DNA of 64,000 nucleotides. Source: Rhodopirellula sp. JB044. Lineage in GTDB: Bacteria; Planctomycetota; Planctomycetia; Pirellulales; Pirellulaceae. Location of the stretch: assembly GCF_043101355.1 (NCBI RefSeq), contig NZ_JBICHZ010000005.1. One strand, 5' to 3'. A program made the position numbers and the translations under genes. This document shows positions 49,433 to 57,769 of this stretch, piece after piece. The notes below the pieces were generated by a model, which did no database searches, was not told where the DNA came from, and saw only the letters and a program-made list of their open reading frames with translations. Each line of letters opens with the position of its first letter. Position 1 is the stretch's first letter.

Positions 49433-50611
49433 TTAGCTCGTCTCGTTCCTGATTTGACGGCGAAACCTCGATGGCGTCACACCGTGAGCCGCCCGGAACA
49501 CTTGTATGAAATAGGACGGCGTTCCGAATCCGATCGCGTCGGCGATTTGCGGAATCGGCAAATCAGTTTCCAACAAAAACCGCTTGGCTCGGTCCATGCG
49601 CACACGCTGCAGCTCTTCATGCAACGTCCGCCCAACGACCTTTCGAAAACGCGTTTCGATATTTCTCCGGGAAATGGCAACATATCGGACCACGTCATCG
49701 ATCTGAATCGGCTTGGTTGCGTTTTCATGAATGAAACGTATGGCCGCGGCAACGTCAGAATCTTCGATGGCAAAGATGTCTGTCGATCGGCGTGTGACAA
49801 CGTGCAGCGGCTTGGCCAACAACCGCTGCGGCTTGCGCACCTTCCGTTTCATCATCTGATCCAACAACGCTGCCGCACGGAACCCAGTGCCCTCGGCATC
49901 GAGCGCGACACTCGTGAGTGGCGGATCAGCGAGCTCACAAAGAAGATCGTCATCATCAACCCCAATCACCGCAAACTCCTCGGGCACTCGTATTCCCGCG
50001 TTGTAACACGCCTCGAGAACCTCTCGGCCCCGGTCGTCGTTGCACGCCATTACGCCCGCTGGCTTCGGAAGATTCGAAAGCCACTCGGCCAATTGGTGCT
50101 GTTCACGGTCCCACTCTCGCTCACGTTTGCTCCGCGGGCCCCGGTAAACCTCAACCGAATACCCCGCCTCCTCAATGTGCTTGCAAAAACTCTGTTCGCG
50201 GAGATCGGACCAAACACGCCCACGCACACCCACGAACGCGAATTTTTGGAATCGACGTTCGAGCAAATGCTGTGCAGCCAGTTGAGCAGCACTATAAGAA
50301 TCAGACGATATCTCGCTGAGTTGCGACAAAGGATGATCGGGTTCGCGTTCTTCTTGCTTTAAGTCCAACGCGATCGTGGGCAACCCCGATGCGAGAACGT
50401 CTTTGGCGATTTGAGATGTCTCGAGTCGCGCGATGATCCCGGCTCCACCCCAACGTTTCATGCGAGGCAAGGCTTGCTTGAAATCACCAGGCACGAGGTA
50501 GAAATCCCACGGCCCGTGTAGTCGTGAATAACGGGCGATTCCACGCAACAGTTGCCGCCCATAACCTCGCGACGTCTCAATCAGTAACGCCACTTTTGCC
50601 GAGTCGCTCAC
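49433..50611 (-). CDS. XylR-type regulator (periplasmic-binding-protein fold + AraC HTH)
   Basis: KVALLIETSRGYGRQLLRGIARY; GIIARLET; GVMACNDDRG; VIGVDDD; IHENATKPIQIDDV...SRRNIETRF...IADAIGFGTPSYF. Likely GTG start at 50611 (track 50668). Confidence 0.9.
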   Translation of the reverse strand: MSDSAKVALLIETSRGYGRQLLRGIARYSRLHGPWDFYLVPGDFKQALPRMKRWGGAGIIARLETSQIAKDVLASGLPTIALDLKQEEREPDHPLSQLSEISSDSYSAAQLAAQHLLERRFQKFAFVGVRGRVWSDLREQSFCKHIEEAGYSVEVYRGPRSKREREWDREQHQLAEWLSNLPKPAGVMACNDDRGREVLEACYNAGIRVPEEFAVIGVDDDDLLCELADPPLTSVALDAEGTGFRAAALLDQMMKRKVRKPQRLLAKPLHVVTRRSTDIFAIEDSDVAAAIRFIHENATKPIQIDDVVRYVAISRRNIETRFRKVVGRTLHEELQRVRMDRAKRFLLETDLPIPQIADAIGFGTPSYFIQVFRAAHGVTPSRFRRQIRNETS

Positions 50612-50625
50612 GTGCCACCTTTGTT

Positions 50626-50653
50626 TACGCAAAAGTGACATTATTGTGCGCAA
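50626..50653 (+). promoter_or_regulatory. Putative XylR/AraC-type operator (site B) between the regulator and araD
   Basis: TACGCAAAAGTGACATTATTGTGCGCAA; half-sites 21 bp apart; -10-like TAACAT at 50685-50690. Confidence 0.7.
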
Positions 50654-50773
50654 GGTTTGGATAGTCAACGTGCCCAGACAGAGCTAACATCGTCTCATGA
50701 CGTGCGAGCGTCGCAACCACTGCCTTCATGACGAAATTGAGGGCTCTTAAATCCCCTCAGCAATGACACAGAG

Positions 50774-51502
50774 ATGCTCGACCGGTTGAAGAAGGAGGTA
50801 TGCGAAGCGAACCGTGACTTGGTTCGTCATCACCTCGTCACACTGACTTGGGGTAACGTCAGCGGGTATGACTCCGATAGTGAACTCGTTGTTATTAAAC
50901 CGAGTGGAGTCTCGTATGAAGAGCTAACACCACAAAAAATGGTCGTTGTAGACCTGGATGGAAATTCCGTCGAAGGCGACTTAAGACCGTCGAGCGACAC
51001 CGCAACTCACGTTTTGCTGTATCGTTCGTTTGTCGGCATCGGTGGGATCACTCATACGCACAGTCGCTACGGCACGGTGTACGCGCAGGCAAGGCGTGAA
51101 ATTCCGTGCCTGGGAACAACGCACGCGGATCACTTTTATGGTCCGGTACCTGTCACCCGTCCGTTGACCAAAGAAGAGGTCGAGACCGGGTACGAAGCGA
51201 ATACCGGGGCAGTGATTGTAGAACGATTCGCAAACCTGGATCCGCAATCGATGCCAGCAGTGTTGGTAGCCGGACACGCACCGTTCGTGTGGGGACCGTC
51301 GGCGAAAAAGTCGGTCGAAAACGCCGTCGCTTTAGAGGCGGTTGCAGAAATGGCATTGGCCACGCAGCAAAGCATGCAGCAGGGCACGCACAGCGCCCAA
51401 GAGTTAGAATCCTATGTGCTTGAAAAGCACTATCGTCGCAAGCACGGTTCGGCCGCCTATTACGGCCAACCCTCTAACTCCTCTGCAAGCACTCAATACT
51501 GA
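50774..51502 (+). CDS. araD: L-ribulose-5-phosphate 4-epimerase
   Basis: LVTLTWGNVS; VIKPSGV; PSSDTATH; THTHS; GTTHADHFYGPVP; VLVAGHAPF.WG; KHY.RKHG..AYYGQ. Confidence 0.95.
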   Translation: MLDRLKKEVCEANRDLVRHHLVTLTWGNVSGYDSDSELVVIKPSGVSYEELTPQKMVVVDLDGNSVEGDLRPSSDTATHVLLYRSFVGIGGITHTHSRYGTVYAQARREIPCLGTTHADHFYGPVPVTRPLTKEEVETGYEANTGAVIVERFANLDPQSMPAVLVAGHAPFVWGPSAKKSVENAVALEAVAEMALATQQSMQQGTHSAQELESYVLEKHYRRKHGSAAYYGQPSNSSASTQY

Positions 51503-51515
51503 TTAGGTCCCCAAC

Positions 51516-53207
51516 ATGCAAATCTTTGACTGGGTTGTTGTCGCTATTTATTTCATGGGATTGGTTGCCATTGTGCACTGGTCCTCGAAACAAATTTCAT
51601 CGACATCGGATTACTTCCTCGCTGGGCGACACGCCAGTTGGTTTGTGATCGGGGCATCGCTCTTTGCCTCGAACATCGGTTCCGAACACATCGTAGGATT
51701 GGCGGGCAACGGGGCGTCCTCCGGGATGGCAATGGCCCACTGGGAATTACACGCCTGGGTGATGCTGTTGCTCGCGTGGGTGTTTGTCCCGTTCTACTAT
51801 CGCAGCGGTGTCTTTACGATGCCGGAGTTTCTCGAACGTCGATTCGATTCCAGAACGCGTTGGGTACTGTCAATCGTCAGCCTGCTAGCATACGTTTTCA
51901 CCAAAGTATCAGTGACGGTGTACGCCGGGGCACTCGTCTTCATGAGCCTGCTCCCCGATACGTTTGGCACCCCCGAAAATGCGTTCTGGGTCGGTGCCTT
52001 CGTTACCGTAGTTTTGACGGGAGTCTACACCGTTTTCGGTGGACTGCGTGCGGTGCTTTATACCGAGGTGGCACAAACGGTGGTGCTGCTTCTCGGGTCA
52101 TTCTTCATAACTTGGTTCGGACTGCGGGAACTCGGCGGATGGGGAGAACTGCAGGCGACCGCATCGGCATCAAAAGCTGAATTCGCATTGTGGCGTCCAC
52201 TCGTTCAGGAAGGCGTTCCCTGGTGGAAGAACGGTGACTTCCCTTGGCTCGGAATCTTGATCGCCTCGCCCGTGATCGGCATCTGGTACTGGTGCACCGA
52301 CCAATACATTGTCCAACGAACACTCGCTTCGAAAGACCTGACCGAAGCACGACGCGGTGCGATCTTTGGCGGTTTCCTCAAGGTCTGGCCGGTAATGATC
52401 TTCTTGATCCCCGGCATGATCGGTTGGGCTCTTCATCAAAAAGGCAGCATCTCTATCCCAACGCGGAGCAGTGGCGAGATTGATGGCGACCAAGTCTTTG
52501 CCACGATGGTGACCGGACTGCTTCCGATCGGCCTGCGCGGTCTCGTGGTCGCGGGATTGATGTCGGCCCTCATGAGTTCACTCGCATCACTATTTAATTC
52601 GTGCGCGACACTGTTCACGATCGACATCTATGAAAAGCTGCGACCGGGTAAAACCGAAAAGCACTACGTCTACATCGGTCGCTTGGCAACGGTTGCCGTC
52701 GTGATCGCGGGCCTGATCTGGATTCCGATCATGAAAGCAATGGCAGGCGGCGGCATCTACAAATACCTGCAAGGTGTCCAAAGCTATCTCGCGCCTCCGA
52801 TCACCGCCGTCTTCCTACTCGGACTCTTTTGGCGACGGGTCAATGCGACCGGAGCATTCTGGGGTTTGATTATCGGGTTCGTACTCGGAATGGGTAAACT
52901 GACCGTGGAAGCGGTCACGACCTCCTTGGAGGTACAAAGCGGAATTTGGAAAGACATCGCGGACTTCAACTTCCTTTATTACTCCGGCGTTTTACTACTG
53001 ATCAGTGTCGCCATCGTGGTTGCCTTGTCGTTGCTAACGGAATCGCCGGGAGAGGAAAAGACGAACGGCATTACCTGGGGCGGGCTGTCGACGGAAGACC
53101 GCCTGGCAATTCGAAACAGTTGGACCGCCACCGATGTCGTCGCCTCCCTGGCTGTCCTCGGTATGGTCATCGGCGTTTACCTCTATTTCAGTTTTTGGTT
53201 GAGTTGA
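51516..53207 (+). CDS. Sodium:solute symporter (SGLT-like sugar transporter)
   Basis: DYFLAGR; ASLFASNIGSEH.VGLAG; TMPEFLERRF; WYWCTDQYIVQRTL; SSLASLFNS..TLFT.DIY; many TM helices. Confidence 0.93.
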   Translation: MQIFDWVVVAIYFMGLVAIVHWSSKQISSTSDYFLAGRHASWFVIGASLFASNIGSEHIVGLAGNGASSGMAMAHWELHAWVMLLLAWVFVPFYYRSGVFTMPEFLERRFDSRTRWVLSIVSLLAYVFTKVSVTVYAGALVFMSLLPDTFGTPENAFWVGAFVTVVLTGVYTVFGGLRAVLYTEVAQTVVLLLGSFFITWFGLRELGGWGELQATASASKAEFALWRPLVQEGVPWWKNGDFPWLGILIASPVIGIWYWCTDQYIVQRTLASKDLTEARRGAIFGGFLKVWPVMIFLIPGMIGWALHQKGSISIPTRSSGEIDGDQVFATMVTGLLPIGLRGLVVAGLMSALMSSLASLFNSCATLFTIDIYEKLRPGKTEKHYVYIGRLATVAVVIAGLIWIPIMKAMAGGGIYKYLQGVQSYLAPPITAVFLLGLFWRRVNATGAFWGLIIGFVLGMGKLTVEAVTTSLEVQSGIWKDIADFNFLYYSGVLLLISVAIVVALSLLTESPGEEKTNGITWGGLSTEDRLAIRNSWTATDVVASLAVLGMVIGVYLYFSFWLS

Positions 53208-53297
53208 CGCCCTCGCCACAGCGGGCGCCATTACCGGCACACGCGGATCACACCGCGTTGGATGGCCGAACAGAGCATCTACAAGGAGCACAGAAAA

Positions 53298-55031
53298 ATG
53301 TCATACACGCTTGGAATTGACTATGGATCCAACTCCGTTCGTGCGATCGTAGTGGATGTTGCCGACGGATTCGAACTGGGCAGTTGTGTCTTTAATTACC
53401 CCAGCGGACAGCAAGGCATCTTGCTCGATCCACAGGATCATCACCTCGCTCGCCAACACCCCGGCGACTATCTTCTCGGTCTGGAACAATCCGTGCGAGG
53501 CGCCATCGAAAACGCGTCCAACGTTGCCGGTTTCTCCGCCGACAAGATTGTCGGCATCGGCGTCGATACCACGGGATCCAGCCCCATCCCGGTCGATGAA
53601 AACAATATCCCGTTGGCGTTGAATGAATCGTGGTCGGAGAACCTGGCGGCGCAGTGTTGGCTTTGGAAAGATCACACCAGCCACGAGGAAGCGGCAACGA
53701 TCACCGAACTCGCCAAGGAACATCGGCCGGATTACATCGCCAAATGCGGAAATACCTATTCGTCGGAATGGTTCTGGAGCAAAATTTGGCACTGCCTGAA
53801 TTCATCACCCGACGTATTCGACGCCGCGTTCAGTTGGGTCGAACTGTGTGACTTCATCCCTTCGGTGCTCGCTGGAGTGAACGATCCGCGGGAAATCAAA
53901 CGCGGGATCTGTGCCGCCGGGCATAAGGCGTTGTACAGCGACCAATGGGGTGGCCTGCCGGACAAAAATTTTCTATCAATGCTCGATCCGGCACTGTCCG
54001 AACTCCGTGATCGCCTCTACGAAACGGCGTACGATGCCACCGAAGCCGCCGGCACCCTGTGCGACCAATGGGCGAATCGACTGGGGCTGACTGCCGGAAT
54101 CCCGATCGCCATCGGTGAATTCGATGTGCACTACGGTGCAATCGGTTGCGGTATCGACGAGGGAACGCTCGTCAAAGTCATCGGCACCTCGACGTGTGAC
54201 TGTGTGGTCGTCCACGAAAGCAAATCGATCGCCGATATACCGGGCATCTGCGGAATCGTGCCAGGCGCCATTTTGCCAGACTACTACGGTATCGAAGCTG
54301 GACAAAGTGCAGTCGGTGATATCTTCAAGTGGTGGGTCGAAGGCGTGTGCGGGGGTGATGCCACACTGCACGCGAGACTCTCTCTCGAAGCCGAATCTCT
54401 CGCGCCCGGCCAAAGTGGTCTGCTCGCTCTCGATTGGAACAACGGCAACCGCACAACGCTGGTCGATCCGATGCTCAGCGGTTTAATGCTCGGGCAAACG
54501 CTGCACACCACTCGTGCAGAAATCTACCGTGCGTTGATCGAAGCGACTGCCTTTGGAGCCCGAACCATTATCGAACGCATTGCAGAATATGGTGTCACGA
54601 TTGATCGAGTGGTATGCGCCGGTGGTATCGCGGAGAAGAACCCCTTACTCATGCAGATCTACGCCGACATTACCGGTTGCACAATGCTCGTTGCCGGATC
54701 GAGCCAAGCATGTGCACTCGGCGCCGCCATATCGACTGCTGTCCTCGCCGGAGAACATCCTGACTTCCGCACCGCGCAGGACTCGATGACTTCCCTTAAA
54801 GACGTCTGCTACAGTCCCATTGCCGCAAATCAAAAGATTTATGACCAACTCTTCACGCTCTACCGTCTCATCCACGATTCCTTTGGCGGCGTCCGCCGTT
54901 CGGTAGATCTCTCCGGCGTGATGAAGGAACTCATTCAAATCAGAACGTTGTCGCAGAAAACCGATCATCCCTCTGACGCCGACACTCAACCAACCGAATC
55001 CCGTCCCCACGTCGAACTCGTCCGCTCATGA
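53298..55031 (+). CDS. araB: L-ribulokinase
   Basis: [14 protein letters not shown]; [11 protein letters not shown]; WLWKDHT; YSSEWFWSK; AGHKA; LDWNNGNRT; [15 protein letters not shown]. Likely start at 53298. Confidence 0.95.
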   Translation: MSYTLGIDYGSNSVRAIVVDVADGFELGSCVFNYPSGQQGILLDPQDHHLARQHPGDYLLGLEQSVRGAIENASNVAGFSADKIVGIGVDTTGSSPIPVDENNIPLALNESWSENLAAQCWLWKDHTSHEEAATITELAKEHRPDYIAKCGNTYSSEWFWSKIWHCLNSSPDVFDAAFSWVELCDFIPSVLAGVNDPREIKRGICAAGHKALYSDQWGGLPDKNFLSMLDPALSELRDRLYETAYDATEAAGTLCDQWANRLGLTAGIPIAIGEFDVHYGAIGCGIDEGTLVKVIGTSTCDCVVVHESKSIADIPGICGIVPGAILPDYYGIEAGQSAVGDIFKWWVEGVCGGDATLHARLSLEAESLAPGQSGLLALDWNNGNRTTLVDPMLSGLMLGQTLHTTRAEIYRALIEATAFGARTIIERIAEYGVTIDRVVCAGGIAEKNPLLMQIYADITGCTMLVAGSSQACALGAAISTAVLAGEHPDFRTAQDSMTSLKDVCYSPIAANQKIYDQLFTLYRLIHDSFGGVRRSVDLSGVMKELIQIRTLSQKTDHPSDADTQPTESRPHVELVRS

Positions 55032-56542
55032 GCAACATGCCAAAACCCGAAATCTGGTTTATCACCGGTTCACAACACCTTTACGGCGAAGGGCCTCTCA
55101 AGCAGGTCGCGGAAAACTCCCTGCAGATCGTTAACGAATTAAATGCATCGGGACGTTTGCCATTGAACCTGGTCTTCAAACCGATCGTCACCCGACCTGA
55201 GGAAATTCGCGCGCGTTGCCTGGAAGCCAACAGTTCCGAAAACTGCGCAGGCGTCATTCTTTGGTGCCACACCTTTTCGCCTTCGAAGATGTGGATCGGT
55301 GGCTTGCTTCAGCTCGCCAAGCCGGTGTTACATCTGGCCACGCAGTTCAATCGCGACCTGCCTTGGGCAGACATCGATATGGACTTTATGAACTTGAACC
55401 AAGCCGCTCACGGTGATCGCGAACACGGGTTCATTCACACGCGTCTGCGGCTCGGACGGAAAGTCGTCGTCGGCCATTGGAGTGATCCGGAAGTCCAAGA
55501 CCGCGTCGCCGTATGGATGAGGGTCGCCCACGCCTGGGCTGATTGGCAGGGAGGCAAGTTCTTACGCATCGGCGACAACATGCGTTACGTTGCTGTGACC
55601 GAAGGCGACAAGGTAGCGGCCGAAGCACGCTTCGGTTTCTCCGTCAACACGCACGGCGTCGGCGATCTGGCTGAGGCCATGAACGGGATCGACGAAAGTG
55701 CGGTCACTGATTTATGTGCGCAGTACGAATCGGAATATGATGTCGCCGACGGGCTCCGGAAGGGAGGCCGACGCCACGACGCACTCCGTTACAACGCTCG
55801 GCAAGAACTCGGACTGCGCGCGTTTCTCGAAGATGGCGATTTTATGGGCTTCACCGACACGTTTGAAGACCTGCACGGCCTGACGCAGCTACCAGGCTTG
55901 GCAGTCCAACGATTAATGGCCGACGGCTATGGATACGCAGGTGAAGGCGACTGGAAAACCGCTGCACTCGTCCGTGCAATGAAAATCATGTCGTCCGACA
56001 TGCCTGGCGGGACGTCATTCATGGAAGACTATACCTATGAACTGAACCCCCAAGGTCAACTCGTTTTGGGATCTCATATGCTCGAGATCTGCCCGTCGAT
56101 TGCCTCGCATAAACCGGCGATCGATATTCACCCGCTGGGGATTGGTGGCAAGGACGATCCCGTACGAATGATTTTTGATGCACACGAAGGTGCCGCAGTC
56201 AACGTCGCGATGATGGATCTCGGAAATCGGTTCCGGTTGCTGGTCAACGAGGTCGATGCGATCAAACCACCTCATGATCTGCCCAAACTTCCGGTGGCCC
56301 GCGCGGTTTGGAAGTGCAGGCCTGATCTGAAAACGGCTGTGGGATCATGGATTTATGCCGGTGGTGCCCACCACACCGGATTCAGCTACAGCGTGACGAC
56401 AGAGTACATCGAAGACCTTGCAGAAATCGCAGGAGTTGAAGTCGCGATCATCGATGCGGAAACCAAACTAAGAGACTTCAAACAAACGCTCCGAAACAAT
56501 GAAATCTACTATCACATCGCCCCCGGACTCAGCAGGATGTAG
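55028..56542 (+). CDS. araA: L-arabinose isomerase
   Basis: [12 protein letters not shown]; [10 protein letters not shown]; [10 protein letters not shown]; [10 protein letters not shown]; SFMEDYTY; GSHMLE.CPSIA; GGAHHT. ATGA overlap with araB. Confidence 0.97.
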   Translation: MSNMPKPEIWFITGSQHLYGEGPLKQVAENSLQIVNELNASGRLPLNLVFKPIVTRPEEIRARCLEANSSENCAGVILWCHTFSPSKMWIGGLLQLAKPVLHLATQFNRDLPWADIDMDFMNLNQAAHGDREHGFIHTRLRLGRKVVVGHWSDPEVQDRVAVWMRVAHAWADWQGGKFLRIGDNMRYVAVTEGDKVAAEARFGFSVNTHGVGDLAEAMNGIDESAVTDLCAQYESEYDVADGLRKGGRRHDALRYNARQELGLRAFLEDGDFMGFTDTFEDLHGLTQLPGLAVQRLMADGYGYAGEGDWKTAALVRAMKIMSSDMPGGTSFMEDYTYELNPQGQLVLGSHMLEICPSIASHKPAIDIHPLGIGGKDDPVRMIFDAHEGAAVNVAMMDLGNRFRLLVNEVDAIKPPHDLPKLPVARAVWKCRPDLKTAVGSWIYAGGAHHTGFSYSVTTEYIEDLAEIAGVEVAIIDAETKLRDFKQTLRNNEIYYHIAPGLSRM

Positions 56543-56578
56543 ACGCAGGAACGAAGTCCTCCGACACGAAACTGCAAT

Positions 56579-57409
56579 TCACTGATAGACGCGAACGTAT
56601 TCAATTTCATATCGTGTTGGAAAGGTGGTGCCCGCCGGATCGCCACCGTTGGCACCACCGATCGCAAGGTTGAGCAAGAGATAGTGAGGTTGCCGAAAGG
56701 GATTCTTCGGTCCCCGGTCAGTAGGATTCAATGTCTTGCGAACATCGATCGTATTGAGCAGCCGATCATCAACAAACAACTTAATGCTGTCGGCATCCCA
56801 ATCCATTCTCCAAACATGGAACCTTTCATCCCATTTCGGATCGCCAAAGGAGTCTACCGGCTTCTTGACGCTATCCCACTTTGCATTCCAACGTTGTCGC
56901 GTCCCCCAGCACGCGTTCGCCAAAATGTTCCCGTCGTAGTACTCCATCAGATCGATTTCACCGTTACTCGGCCATTCTCCTTCCACACCTAGAAACCAAA
57001 TCGCGGGCCAAAGCCCTGGCTGTGCAGTGATTTTCGCTTTTACTTCAAACCGGCCGTACTTCCAACTCTGTAGGCCCCGGGTCGTCAACGAAGCAGACGT
57101 GTATTCGGCGAACTTCCTCTGTGTCTTCCAGTTTCTACTGCCCGCTTCATAGTTGGGATTTTCCCTACGTTCTCGGCGACCTTCGATAACCAACCGACCG
57201 CCTTGGCAGTAGGCATTCTGTCGCTGGTACCACTGCAGTTCACGATTGCGAGCGAAGCCACGTTCGTAAGTCCAGTTCATTGGATCGGGTGCACCATCAA
57301 TCTCAAACTCATCCGCCCAAACGAGTTGCAAGTCATCGGCAGGCGTGTTGGTACACAAGTGCGAAGCTGACAAATGAAACACCATCAGCACAGCAATATG
57401 AATTCGCAT
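56579..57409 (-). CDS. Secreted GH16 glycoside hydrolase
   Basis: LVWADEF; YTSASL; YGRFEVKAK; WPAIW; catalytic EIDLME; LLLNLAIGG; EIEYVRVYQ. Likely start MRIHIAV at 57409. Confidence 0.9.
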   Translation of the reverse strand: MRIHIAVLMVFHLSASHLCTNTPADDLQLVWADEFEIDGAPDPMNWTYERGFARNRELQWYQRQNAYCQGGRLVIEGRRERRENPNYEAGSRNWKTQRKFAEYTSASLTTRGLQSWKYGRFEVKAKITAQPGLWPAIWFLGVEGEWPSNGEIDLMEYYDGNILANACWGTRQRWNAKWDSVKKPVDSFGDPKWDERFHVWRMDWDADSIKLFVDDRLLNTIDVRKTLNPTDRGPKNPFRQPHYLLLNLAIGGANGGDPAGTTFPTRYEIEYVRVYQ

Positions 57410-57620
57410 TGAACGCTCTCTCGTTTTCGTTTGACAGCGATGCAAAGTGGACCTTCCACCTCGCGATTCCTGTCGTTTTTTCTTTTATCAGGTCAAGAAG
57501 ATTAAAGACGTCGGGCACTGCGGCATCGATCGCCTGCGCGGACATAACCGCTCTCGGTTGTAGAACATTGATTCAAACATACCCACAGAGCAATGCCTCC
57601 AAGACCCAACACGGGGCACC

Positions 57621-57648
57621 GGCGTGATATCGACATTTTTCTGCGTGA
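57621..57648 (+). promoter_or_regulatory. Putative XylR/AraC-type operator (site C) upstream of GH51-GH27-GH146
   Basis: GGCGTGATATCGACATTTTTCTGCGTGA: GCGTGA repeated at 21-bp spacing; core CGACATTTTT identical to site A. Confidence 0.5.
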
Positions 57649-57769
57649 AACTGCATTGAACGATCAAGCATATTGAGAGAGCATCAATCCGTCGTGTTTG
57701 ATGCAAGCGGTTTGTCCCTCGCAGATCACGATGCCCCCTATCCCCACTCGCCTTGCTAAAGGGCACCCA

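Noticed and set aside
49454-50362. 302-aa + strand ORF
   Set aside because: Antisense shadow of the XylR-type regulator.
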